Below, piece by piece: positions 38,110 to 50,847 of a DNA stretch of 64,000 bases. Each line of letters starts with the position of its first letter. The stretch's first letter is position 1. The stretch is from Lepidodermella squamata. Its lineage: Eukaryota; Animalia; Gastrotricha. The position numbers and the translations under genes were made by a program. A model generated the notes under the pieces. The model did not search any database, was not told where the DNA came from, and worked only from the letters and a program-made list of their open reading frames with translations. The DNA is taken from NCBI GenBank assembly GCA_047495785.1, contig JBLDXI010000046.1, positions 1,116,001 through 1,180,000 on the forward strand. The letters are read 5' to 3'.

Positions 38110-40424
38110 ATTAAGGAATTCTTCCCGGTGTTGAGGGCAGAACCGAGAATTCTGCCCGCTGAAAATGCCCGAGGGCGTAGCGGAGCGCAGCGAAGCGAAG
38201 CCCGAGGGTATTTTCAAGGGCTGAATTCGAGGTTTTGCCCGAGACACAAGGGAAGAGTTCCTGTTCCTTCCCAGTTGGTTATTTTCGTTAATCCGACACT
38301 CGGACGAGTGAAAATGGGGAATGGTGTATAGTGCGTATGAAAGATGACCGTTGTTAATAACGAAAATAAGAAATCCAGCTTAAAATTTGTAGCAAATTTT
38401 TTTTTTGAATTTTTTTTGTTCGTTGTTCATTTCCTTGTTTTATTATCAATTGAATATTGCGAATTTCCGTCGAATTTTCAATGGAGATCACTTTTGATAT
38501 TGGCGACCTGGGCCTCGGTGCTCTCGCTGACGGCTCCGTGGAAGTGAAACAGCGCGAAGAATCCGATCCAATTCGACTTCTCGAACGAGAACTTGATGCT
38601 GATATCGAAGAAGAAGAATCCGATGAAGAGGGTGATACGTCGGAGTTCATTCAAGAAGTCGAAAATTTCGTGGCTGGTTTTGAAGCAAACGGCACAGCTC
38701 AGAAAACCAAGCAGCACTGGAGCCGATTTGTCGCATTTGTCGAGCAGCGATTCCACATTTCGGAGCAACTATTAGTTGAACTTACGGTCAAGGATATGGA
38801 TCTCTATGTCGCTCTTTTTCTCAAGCAGTTGACGAAGACTGATGGTAGCGCGATGGAGCCGACAACGATTCGAGGCATTTATTCCTCCATCATTCGCCAT
38901 CTCCGCGATGTGACGAAGAACGAAATCAACTTCACCATGGCGAGAGTCGATTTCTTCTATAGCATGAAAATGCTGAAATCCAAGTTTGTCGAATCTAAGC
39001 GTGCTGGAAAGGGAAATAAAGCCCGAGCATCTGAATGCCTAGAACGAGAAGATATTGATAAAATGCGTGAGGCGAAAACGCTGACTGATGACACGCCAAT
39101 CGGTTTGATCACGATGCTGTGGCTGGTTTTCACCGTGTATTTCGGTCTTCGTGGCCGTGATGAACATCTACAAATGAAGTAGGTTGTTGGATTGCCATTG
39201 AAAAATTGTTAAATTGGCCGTTTTCAGGTTTGGTGATGTCCAGCTAAAAACCGAATCTGGAGGTCGCAGGTATCTCGAATTCAACGAGCGACAGACTAAA
39301 ACCAGGAATGGCGAATCAACCCACTCAAAACTGGCACCACGAGCATACGAGAACGGTGGCTTTTTCTGCCCGGTTCGATTGTTCCTTATTTTTTGTGCAA
39401 AACGACCGGGAAAGTTTTCGCGCCCGAGTGACCCAATGTATGTTGTTTGCCTGACCCGATTTCGACCCGACGGCCTCTTCTACAAATGCCAAAATTTGGG
39501 CAAGAACCCCCTTGGATCGCTCCTCAAGGACGCCGCTGTCGGTGCTGGTATTACCAAACGAATCACGAACCACTCGGCTCGAAAGTTTCTCGTCTCAACC
39601 CTCTCTGAACTCGGTGTCGATTCTCGAAAGATCATCCAGATTACTGGTCATGCATCGGTCGATTCTCTGAACAGTTACCACAAACTCAACACCTCTGAAC
39701 GACGAAGTATCAGCGACAAACTGGCTGTCGGTTTCGGTGATGGACAATCAGCTGCAGTTTCGGGTGTGTCTGCACAAGAGATCAAGCCAACCGAAGGATT
39801 GGTGGTGGCCGAGTCGCATTTCTCGCAAACGCTGCTGCTTCGAAACGTCGAAAATGACCCGCGCGATGAGCCACCCGTAAAGCAAGCTAAACCCATGCCG
39901 ATCTTCAATTTCTCGAATTGCTCCGTCGTTATTAATAATTAATCCGGCCCAAACACTTGTTTTAAAGTTTAAACATTCTAATAAAGGTTATTCACTTGTT
40001 CACTCGTTTGGTCAGAGTCTGAAGGTTGTAGTAAAGGGACTGGGAACGGAAATTGAAGTTGTGCAACATTATTTCAGGTGAGAGGTTTTCCCGAATTTTC
40101 GAGAGCATCAATTGATTTTCGAAAATAAAAAATCCACCCTAATCGTTTGAGCGGGCAGAAACATCGGGCAGAATCACTTTTTCCGTCTAGGCAAAAAATA
40201 ACCAACTGGGCAGGAACACTCATCAAACTCGCGCAATAGGCAAATTCAGTCGAAATTTAAATTCGAGAAATTGTGCGGTAAAAAATAGCAGCACTTTCGC
40301 GTCTCTCAAAAAATATCAAATAATCGGTAATACAATTTGAGCTGAGCGAGTCAACGTATCTATTTTATTCCGGTTAATTTCCAGAAATTTAATTTGGAGT
40401 GACCTAAAAACGAATATCGGATTA
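38110..40424 (+). mobile_element. Crypton-type tyrosine-recombinase DNA transposon (~2.3 kb)
   Basis: YR gene inside. ~150-bp palindrome at 38114-38262. Inverted subterminal matches at 38263-38285/40195-40217 (22/23) and 38289-38302/40411-40424 (12/14). ATTA at both ends. The boundaries are inferred. Confidence 0.75.
38481..39942 (+). CDS. Crypton/DUF3504-type tyrosine recombinase (~470 aa, 2 exons)
   Basis: Exons 38481-39178 and 39228-39942 join in frame across a 49-nt intron. Catalytic motifs FGLRGRDEH (R), RQTKT (K), TNHSARK (HxxR), ITGH and LNSY (Y), plus CPV. Confidence 0.9.
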
Positions 40425-41479
40425 CAGGTCGAAGCGTTCGAAGCCTGGTCACTTTTTCCATTAATTAAGGCTTTGCATTTAAATTCAAGGTAATTTTCAC
40501 TTGAAATAAATGAAAATAAATGTAATTTTCTTGTAAAAGCTGTGAAGGGTAATCGAAATGCGTCTTAAAACCGTGCCTCTAATTTCGATGAAGCGATCAA
40601 ATAAATAAACGCACCTTTCACCGAAAACTGGAAACGTCATCAGGCTATAATTCAAATTACTCTTGGTGTTTTCGCTTGCCAATTTGTGACAAAGCTCATT
40701 TTCGAAGTTTTTGCGAGAGAGGACGCTCAATTTCGTAGCCTGTTTGCTGCGAACCAAAAAGTCACCTGATTTTCAGAGAAAAATCCTAAATACGATAGAG
40801 ATTTAAAATTGATGATCGAAGTAGCCCAATAGAGAGTTTTTATTTTCCTATCATATAACATCTGATAATGTATAAACAACAATTATACATAAATTATATA
40901 TACATATTTCAATATCAATTAAGTATATTGCACAAATCTATTACAGCAATAACCATGGTGGCAGCGGCAATCAGCAGTATCTCATTCCGGTGAAACTTCT
41001 TTCACAAAATTGTTCACTGAAAATTTTACAAGCTAAAAAATCACTCAATTCGATAATAAAAAAATATTTCGAATAATAACATGTTAAACTCCTCAACACG
41101 CACTTATACCACCAAATAATTAATATCGCAATTAAACTCGAATAATAGTAGAAAAAAATTTAAACACGCAGTCCTTATCATTTGACAGCTACGAAAAAAA
41201 TACGACAAGGGGGTTCAACTGTGGACATGGGTAAAAATAATACGGAAATATGCCAGAGAGCGCTTGAAATTCCAATTTTTTTCGAAAAAAAATGCAAATT
41301 GATGAATTAAGTATAAAAATTCATCATGATCACCGTGGATTTTCGTGGATTTTCAATTAAATTTTTTCACATTTTTTAACCCTTGAAAAACATGATTTTG
41401 TCCAAAGTTGATTAATATTTTGCACATCTCGTCAATTTTGACACTTCTTGATAAAAATAATCACAAAAACGCATGAAAA

Positions 41480-44345
41480 CTATTCGAAAACGCCGTAACG
41501 ATCGAATATTTTGACAATTTCCGTGAATTTCAGTTCGGAGGCAAGAGCAAACGGAGTGAGGCCATTTCGATTCTTGATAGCAGATAATCGCGGCTCGTTT
41601 TTCAGAAAATACTCAACACCACCAGCCCAATTAGCATCAACAGCCGCATGTAACACGGTGTTGTCGAACCGCGTTCTGTCTACGAGCGTTTTCTTAGCTC
41701 CCTTCGAGATGAAATATTTGACCTTGTCCAAATCAGTCGCTCGGACAGCGAAAATTAAGGCTGATCTTTGATACTTATCGAGTAGCGTAACCGACGCTCC
41801 GAATTCTTCGACAAGCATTTTCACGACGCTCAGCCAGCAATGTTTAGCTGCTACATGTAACGCGGTGAATCCGTTCTTTTCGACGAGCATCTCCGTTGCT
41901 AAATCAGGGAATTTTTTCAGAATAGCCCGAGCTGCGCCCATGCAGTTCATTTTTAGCGCAGCAATTAGACCATCGCGAATTTCGGCCGATTTTTCATCAT
42001 CCAACAGCTCCAGAAAATAGGCGACAATATCGCCGTGATTTCTATCAACAGCTTCCTGAAAAACAGAATTTCTGCCGACTTCAGCCCACAGCATTGGGGA
42101 GAGCAGGGTGCCGACAAGGGGAGCAGGCATGGCTGGTAGTAATTCTCGAATTTTTTTCATATCGCCCGTTGAAGTTACGTTGTATAAATTGGCAATACGA
42201 GCAAGGTTCTGAAACAGAAAAATCATGAGAATTCACCGGAGACAAACTTTCAATTCACTTGATATCGCTCTTCGGGTAGTGTAAGAGCCTCGTAGGAAAT
42301 GAGCTCGGCATTCAGGTATTTCAGATCCTTAATCGCATCGGATATTTTGTACTTGACTCGTTCGCTGTCAAACGAAATTCGGCCAACGAATGTTGACAGC
42401 TCATCCACCTTAAAAAAATTTAAATTTAGCCAAAGATTGAAATATTAATAGATTACTTCTTCGAAAATGTCATCGATGCTGGTTCGCATTTCAGCCACAT
42501 CGTTCAACTTGCAGTCAAGAACAGATTTAGAGGCAAGCGATTGAAATTCGGTCAGCACGCTCGAGTTGAATTGGAATGATTTGTTGCTTTCAGCTAGATC
42601 TCTCATTTCGCCACCAGCGACCACTGATTGCTTCATCCACTCAGCTCTCGCATCAGATAGAGCCGTCAAAAATTCATTCTCAACTGAATTGAGAAATATT
42701 TCGATTTTGGCATTGGCGGATGCCATTTGGCTGTCGATTTCTTTCAGCCAGATTTCGTAGTTCTTCTTATCGGTCAGAGCTGCGACGCGATCAGTCACCT
42801 TAAGATTCAGAGCGGAAAAGGAAATTTTAATTAAATCAAAAATATAAATGGAATATTTTGAAATTCTTGAAAAATTCAAGAAAAAGAAAGAATTAAGTTG
42901 AGGAAATCGTAATTTAAAACTTTAAATCGTCCACCTTAATATCACTAATTATTCCGATTTTTCGCGATAAAGACTTTTCTCATTTTGATCAATAATGATG
43001 CTGGAATTTTCAATTTTCAGCTACCTGGCAGAAAGAAACAGACCGTGATAAGTGCACTATAAAAAAAAGTTCGCAATTTAGCCGCTAAATAACCGAATTT
43101 TACTCGGGCATTTAGGACCCTGGGAGCCTCCTATTTAGCCTAAAAATTTCAATTAAAGCTTCTAATTACCGAAAACTGAAATTCGAGGCGATAAATACCT
43201 AATTTTAGGTAAAAAGTATAAAAAGGTGGGCTTTCTTAGTCATCTATTTTTGAACACCCTAAACTCCATTTTGCTCTATGTTACTCAGGATAAATAACCC
43301 CCGGTAATTCTAAATAGTTTTCTGGTATTTAGCGATTCGAAATTGTTTTAATTTTTATTCTAAATAACCGGCCGTGCTAAATGCCAAGTGCTAAATAGCG
43401 AACTTTTTTTTACAGTGTGTAGTTTGCCGAATTTTCTGAATTCTTAAAAAAAAATCTGAAAAGCGTGATAAATTCAAACAATTTGAGCACGTATTCAAAT
43501 TTTCATTTTTTGCTTCCGAACTTTGAAAGGTATAGTTGACCAAAACTTGCCACTAGAATTTGATATCATTTTTTTTTTCAAAAATCACATGAGTGATCTA
43601 GTTCTTAGTCTGTAAATAATATTAATACTGTGACGTGGCTGAAACTTTTAGGTGAATATAAAAAAAATCAATTTCGATTCACATCGATTTGCGTTTTCTG
43701 GTATTTTCGGTATTCAAATTTTCACAATATGAATTTCCGTAATTTTCTGGGTTAAATTTTATTTAAAAACCTGCCCGTTGAACATACCCTGCTACAAATA
43801 TCGGCAATTTCTCGCTTCAATTTTTCAGCGTGTTTGACTTGGCAACCCTCACAGAAAGACTGATAGCAATGCTGACATTCCTTCGGACGCTGCGACACCG
43901 CCAAGTGGATACAAGAATCGTCCCATGACTCGTCCTTATCCTCCCACAACGAATAAGGATAAACTTTCAACGAATCAATGGTTCGAGCCAATGTAATGTT
44001 ACGCTGAAGAACTAATAAACCAAAAATATCAACTATTATATTTGAAAATAGCGAATAAAACCCACGTTTTACGTCACTATTCGGGACTTTTGAGGTAACT
44101 TGGCATTCCGGGCATTCGATAGTGGATTTGTCGGTGCGATTTATGGAAATGTGGTAGAGGCATTTCAAGCAGAACGAATGGCCGCATGTTGGCAGGAAAC
44201 GAGGGTCCATGAAACAGTCGAGGCAAACAGGACACGAATGAGACTGTAAGAATAATGCACTTGGGAAAAATTTAGAAAAAATGTAAAGTTTTACTTTTTC
44301 GACGAGGCTCATTTTCCGCATTTTGCGCGGAGGCGAATCGCTCAT
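41480..44345 (-). CDS. TRIM-ANK gene G
   Basis: MSDSPPRKMRKMSLVEK; RING and B-box in ORF 43752..44345; intron 3 42799-43787; coiled coil 42445..42879; ankyrin 41480..42226. Confidence 0.85.
43055..43417. mobile_element. CACTA/EnSpm-like MITE in intron 3 of gene G
   Basis: TIRs CACTATAAAAAAAAGTTCGC / GCGAACTTTTTTTTACAGTG with TG on both flanks. A related right end lies at ~49809-49831. Confidence 0.6.
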
Positions 44346-44602
44346 TTTAGGTTAAAGCCCTAACAACAAACAATAGACATAAAGGAACTGGCTGCCATGA
44401 GTTCGGAATAAAAAGCGCCGAACTAATAATATCAGCATCTTCAATTTCGAAGAAAAGAGTTCCACTAAAAAACTCGATTTTACACAGTATAACGTTAAAA
44501 TTAAAAGCATTCCAATGATGATCCAAGCCGGACACTTCGAAATGAATTCGCAAAATGTGATTGCTGCATCAAAATACAAATGTCGAGTTTTAAAAGTTTT
44601 CG

Positions 44603-45534
44603 TAGAGCACCCCGCCCTAATTTCGGCCGCTTTTCAGGTTTTTCCTACTTTCCCAGTCAGGCGAATTTTTAGAAAATAATCGGAAAAAGCAGAATTAAAG
44701 AGGAGTGCTTAGGGTATCGAATGCCGCTTCCCGCAAGTCCGGACGATTTTACCTTGATTTGTGGCTAATTTTTTAGTCACCCAGACACCCGGCCGGAATT
44801 AGGGAGCGGGGTGCCCTAATTTCGGCCACCTCATCCAGGTACACTAATACCATAAGTTTGGTATCGTTAGATTTGTCTCAAAAAGCGGACTATAAAAACC
44901 GCATTTGTTGCTCCACCTTTGAAATTTTCCTTGACGACGTGATGCCTGAAACTTAAACTTGTTTTGACAGGTACAAGTTTGATAACTTGTTTTCTACCCA
45001 ATAGCCCAACTGCGTTTGACTTTCTAAAATTCTGGAAAAATATCTAAAAAATTCCTTTGCTTCTGTAGAATGAGAGTATCAATTTTGTTTTCCCGAATTC
45101 GATTCCACTATTGACTGCTAATTTTTGGAATCGAACCCTCGAAAACCCTAAAATTGGCCCTCTCGATCTCTTCACCTGGGCGGTTTTAGATAGAATATTT
45201 TATACCAAAATGAAGCTGGCGTTTAGCTGGTAATTATTGAAGTGAAATCAGTAAATTTTAAAGAGCCAGTTTCAGGTAAATTATACCTGCAAAGTAGCGG
45301 TAACAGAGCACTCGAGAAGCGACATAAGCCCGCTCGCTCGTATTTAGAATTATTTTTTTGCGATCACGTGCTTGAGAAATCATGAAACAGATGGGCCCAA
45401 CAATGCAAAGTTCTTGAATTGCGTGCAAATAAAACTGCTGCACAGCACTTCGTGTCCAAATTTCGGCCGGTGGCCGAAGTTAGGACGCAGCGGCCGAATT
45501 TAGGAAGTGGCCGAAATTAGGGCTCCCTCCTCTA
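44603..45534. mobile_element. Non-autonomous DNA element with imperfect TIRs
   Basis: TAGAG...GCCCTAATTTCGGCC at the left end and its inverse at the right end. Repeated GGCCGAA(A/G)TTAGG subterminal motifs. Confidence 0.5.
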
Positions 45535-46333
45535 TTCTTTGTATTTCGCTTATTTGTGGTTAAAACGAACATATCCAGCAGCGTCGATGAGGGCGAAGTA
45601 GTCTAAAACTAGTACGATGGCCGCGGGCAGCCAAAAATGTGACTAAAATCATCCGACTCGCTTTTTGATATTTTCAAAAAATTACAATAAAAAGTGACAA
45701 CTCGGATCGCCATAAATCTTTTACCATGAAATTAGTCCGGCTCCGGGGCCAAAATAGGGAGCATAAAAGGGGTGTGCCCCTACGGAAAAATCGAACTCGG
45801 GAAAACCGAGAATATCGATATGTCTATGTCGGATGATTTTTGTCACATTTTTGGTTGATCGATTATCGAAGGGTTCTTCCGCACTCTTCCAAGCCGAATT
45901 AGACACTCGCCCGTAGGCAGTCCGCAGAGTCGAGAATATCAAATAATTTCAAAGCCGCATTTTTCGGCGATAAAATGAAATCGAATAGGTCGAATAGGTC
46001 TTGAAGCTGTGACTAAGGTTATCTAGAGCCTTATTTTCGCTAGGTCTGTTTTTGATAAGAATATACGACATTGTATGCAAACTACATTAACCATCGCGAA
46101 AATTTTTCTATCATAGCACGTTTAGCTTATAGCTCGCAGTGTTTCAGCTGTCTTGCTTCGCGAATCTTTGCCGTCTAGCCATCGTGGGCGATGTTAGCTT
46201 AGGCAATTGTTGCTGCTATTGTGGTGCAAAAACGCCTATAAATTGTCGCGCAAATCGCCAAATTTTCGTCAGAATTATTTTGAAATAAAGCATCCTCTTC
46301 AGTTTTCACTTTCGATTCCATCAAACTCAAGCC

Positions 46334-46734
46334 ATGTCTATCAAGCTTGCAACCGTCTTCGCCCTAGTGTTTTTCGCTGGCTTTTGCGCAGCGGGTAAAG
46401 TTTTTCCACCAAGTAATGCGGCCCTAGACTAGTTTAATATTCTTTGCCCTGTGCAGGCTACCAATACGTGCCAGGCGCGTCTTCTGGCGAATGTCGAAAA
46501 CTTGTCGGAGAAACTGTGGAGAATCAGATCCAGCGAATTGATAGCTCAATGAATGAGCGTGTAAATGTTTATGACTGCAAGACACTCTGCGACGCGAAGC
46601 CCGAATGTAAGGCCATCACATTCATTTTTTCGAGGCTCGGAGAAGACTACATAAAGTGCTATCTGCTGAAATCTTGCGCAAAACAGCCTAAGAGAGACAC
46701 GAAATCATACAACTATATCAAAGTTCGAAAATAA
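46334..46734 (+). CDS. Small secreted PAN/apple-like cysteine-rich protein (paralogue of 9907-10297)
   Basis: Exon 1 46334-46394 is a signal peptide (MSIKLATVFALVFFAGFCA). Exon 2 46457-46734 has CKTLCDAKPECKAITF...CYLLKSC. CCTATAAA at ~46235. Confidence 0.75.
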
Positions 46735-47301
46735 GCAATGCCGGCCAACTGCGATGGAAGTGAGCGCCTTGGCGATGCGATAAGATGAGATAAGAAGAAA
46801 TGCGAGCCTTCCCAGAGCTTGATCAAATAAAATGAAAAATTTCAAGTATGAAAGCCGCTGCTATTTTCTCGAAGAGCAGCGAAGGCAACAAAATCGCCAG
46901 AAAAAAAATTGTTCATGATTCATCCTTTTATCAAAGTGTAATAAACCTCTAAAGCTCCGACGAGTGATCGAAATGCATCTCGAAACGGGCCGTTAAAACA
47001 GGTCCTTCGAAACCCGGCTAATTCTGACGAAACCCGATTTTCACAGGCCGCCCAATTTCAATGCCGATCAGCTCGACTTTAAGCCAACATCGAACACACT
47101 CAGAAGTTCGAATTAATGTAATTATTATCTCAATATCTAACAAGAAAAGGGATGGCAAAATATAATTATTTGGAAAAACAGTCAATTATCAATTATATAC
47201 GATGATAAGATGTATAAGATTGAATCTATCGAATACAAAAAATCAAAACCGGATCATTTTTGTTGAACAGCTCTGATAACTCATTGCATTGATTATTCTA
47301 G

Positions 47302-49377
47302 TTACTGAAAAATTCCATTAAGCTCAAAAATCTTGATAATATCGTCACGCTTGAACGATTTTGCAAGCATTAGCGGGGTGGTACCGCGCGACTTCAACGT
47401 CGCAAGTTGTGGATATTTCTTCAAAAATTCCACCACGCCTTTGACCCAGTCCTCAGCGATGGAGACGTACAAAATCGACGAGTGGCTAACAGATGACTCA
47501 ACATTGTGAGTAAGAGGCGAGAGGCCTTTTGAGATGAAAAATTCAACCATTGCCAAATTTTGATTGAGAGCAGCTAAAATCAGAGCTGATCGACCGTGCG
47601 AGTCAACCAATTTTACCGGAGCTCCGAATTCTTCGATCAGCATTTTTGCCGTATCGATCGACCAGTTTCTTCTCGCGGCGAGGAGTAAAGCAGTGTAATT
47701 TTTTCGTTTAACAACAATTTTTCGAGCGAAATCGGGATAGAAGTCGAGGATTGCCCTAACAGCGTCGGTTCTATCACCACGAACCGCGTCGACAAATCCT
47801 TGCTCGATGAAACCACTATCGTCGGTATATCCTTCCTTTGCGGCAATTTCCAGGAGGAATTTAACAATCTCGCCACTGCCGTTTTGAACGGCCTCGTAGA
47901 ACATGTTCATAGCGCAGCCTTCAATGTTATGTTCTTTAAAAATCAGCGAGGTTGCTAGTTCATTTTCCGGGGCAGGAAATTGACCAATCAAATTTTTGAC
48001 AGCTAGCAAATTATTTTTAGACATTTCTCGATAGATCTGGCGAAGTAGAGGTTTTTCCTATGAATGAAGACAGTTAAATTTTGCGTAGAATCCGAAAAAA
48101 CGTACATCGTCAAGCTTTTCATCCTTGTAAAACTTGTTTTCGGCGAGTTCGACATTCACCGCATCGATTCGCTTCAAAGCATCCGTAAATTCGAGTTTAA
48201 CATTAGCACAACAGAAAGCGACATGGCCAACAAATGATGATGATTGGTTAGTCTAAATAAAGCAAAAAATTATCAATCAAATCTGAAAATCTACCAGCTT
48301 TTTCCTTACGTTTTCCCACTCCTTTTCCATGCGTGACAACAGATAGGCTATTTCGTCGAATTTCAAGTTCAAAATTGATTTCGATGCGATTTCTTTCGCA
48401 TCGTCGAGAACGGTTTGATCGATCTTGACCGGCTCATTACTGAACGCTCCCTGTCGCATTTTCTCTGAAGCTACCACGAGTTGCCGCTTCCACTTGGCTT
48501 TTGCGTTAATCAGACATTTTTCAAATTCGAATGATAGAAAGCCGGCGAAATCGTCCACTTTTCTATTCGCCTTTTCAACATCAGTCTCAATTTCTCGATG
48601 GCGTGAATCCAGTTTTTCTCTGCCTGCCAATTCTGCCTCGTAATGAGTCATCTGAAATTACGCCGCTATTATGACATCCTTTTTCTGAATATTCGATATA
48701 ATCAAAAATAAATTCCCCGATTTTTGCAATTTTTTAAGATGGAATTCAAAATTTAGTTCCGCAAAAAAGGGATGCATAGTATAGTAAAATCGTGGGTACC
48801 TTCTTTTGCAACGTTAAAATTTCGTTCTTCATTTTTTCGGCGTGTAAAAATTTGCATCCTTCGCAGAATTCCTGCCGACAATGCTGGCAAAATTCTGGTT
48901 TTTGCGATAAAGCCAAATGAATACACCGATCTGCTGCTGTCGTTGTAGATGTCGCACATGACTCGGTGGAACAAGATTTCGTAACATCTTTGAAGGAATC
49001 GATTGCCTTGGCGAGCGGGAAATTTCGAATCAAATCTTGAAATTGAAAATTATTAAGAGTATTATTTTCTCAGATAATAAAGATGACTACAACTTTTAGG
49101 GTCGCCGTTTGGAATCGCGCAAATCGCTCGACATTCCGGGCACTCTACGGAGCCTTTAGTTTTCGATGCTTGGTAGATTAGATGTATGCATTTCAGGCAG
49201 AAAGAATGGCCGCAAATCGGCAAATTACGTGGGTCCACGAAAAATTCATAGCAGATCGAGCAGGACAACGACTGGGTTATGAAAGAAAAAAGTATATTTC
49301 GATTTTTTCACCTTCTGAAAATAACCTACATCCTCAACTTCGGCCATTTTTCGCTGTTTCCGCGGTGGTGTGGTCAT
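47302..49377 (-). CDS. TRIM-ANK gene H
   Basis: MTTPPRKQRKMAEVED; RING 49062..49268; B-box 48746..49033; coiled coil 48277..48651; ankyrin 47302..48024. Confidence 0.88.
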
Positions 49378-50116
49378 TTTATTTATCAAAATAATAATCT
49401 GAAATATAAAACAAAAGTTGAAAATGTTATGGCCAGAAGGAAACGGAATGATCTACAGAACAAATTGCGAAATAATCGTCAATCCAATATTTCAGAAAAT
49501 ATTCAAGAAGATTTCAAAAAAAGTTTCAAGAAAGACCAAGGAAGAAAATTTCAAGATAGACGAGACAAATCTTGTTCAAAATGCGCTCATCAAGCGACAA
49601 TCAACTTTCGAAACGGATGGCGATGACCGAAATCCGTTTATTTATAGACAAAAATGGAGTTTAGGGTGTTCAAAAATAGATGAACAAGAATACTTTTACC
49701 CTCAACATGGTATGTATCGCCTTGAATTTCATTTGTAGCTGATTAGAAATTTCAATTTTAATTTTTAAGCTAAATAGGGTACTAAATATCCGAGTAAAAG
49801 TCGGTTAATTAGCGAACTTTTTTTTATAGTGTACGGTTGGAAAACCCGTACTTCAATACGGCTAGTCTATATGCAGCTAGTAGGCTTTTCCACCAATTAT
49901 AATGATCATTTTATTCTTTACTTGGAGCAGAATTTATTCCGTTTGACGGTGATTGTCGAACGCAACCAAGTTACGCTCCATCAAATCGTTTTACCAAATT
50001 TCCCATGCTAAGCACTGAAGTCGGAGCACTTCATTTATTATTTTATGAAAGCGATCAAAACGTTTCTGGAGGACTCACTGCTACTCAAGAAACAAATTCG
50101 CGAACTTCGAAATATG

Positions 50117-50330
50117 CTATCTTTTAACAACAATTTTTCGAGCGAAATCGGGATAGAAGGCGAGGATAGCCCTAAAAATGTCCGTGTTACCACTGCGAAC
50201 CGCATCGACAAATCCTTGCTCGTTAAAACCGAGGCTGTCGCTACATCCTTCCTCAGCAGCCATCTCCAGGATCTCTACTGCTGTTTTGAACGACCTCGAA
50301 AATGTTCGTAGCACACCCTTCAATATTCAA
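50117..50330 (-). pseudogene. Ankyrin exon fragment of the TRIM-ANK family
   Basis: EQGFVDAVRSGNTDIFRAILAFYPDFARKIVVKR matches gene H and the 8212-8963 pseudogene. Confidence 0.8.
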
Positions 50331-50847
50331 CTATGCCATATGTATGACAATAAAATATAAAATTAAAGAGTGACTTCAATTTATTTGAAAAAATTGCAGC
50401 GGATACAACCGGCGTAACCGGCAGAAAAATTTCGTAGCATGTAAGCAAAAAGTGACCGAGAGAAACGCATTTTGAGGCAATAGCATGAAATTTTACCCAG
50501 AGGATATTCGCTTCGAAGTTGACGGACGTGTTTCAGCCTTTTATTCCGCATGCCGCTGATCCTTGCCGCCTTAATTCTCGCTTCGGAAATGGCTGTCGCA
50601 AAGTCATCATCAATCGAAAATTTCTTCAGCATTTTCAGGCCTTTTTTCGCAGGACTGACAACAAAAAAGATGTTCGTTCAAGTCTCTGGAATACAAGCAA
50701 TTTCCAATAAACATCTAATCATCGAAAAAATTAAACAATGAGATGATGGGATTGTTACCGTTTATTCAGTACGAACATGCAAAGTAAAAGAATTAGTCGT
50801 TCGAAAATGAAAGGCAACAACATGGAGAGGTTAGGGCGGGGTGACTG

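Noticed and set aside
45721-45830. SRCR-like peptide (ILGFP...APYFGPGAGLISW) on the minus strand
   Set aside because: Only a short motif without the cysteines or neighbouring exons.
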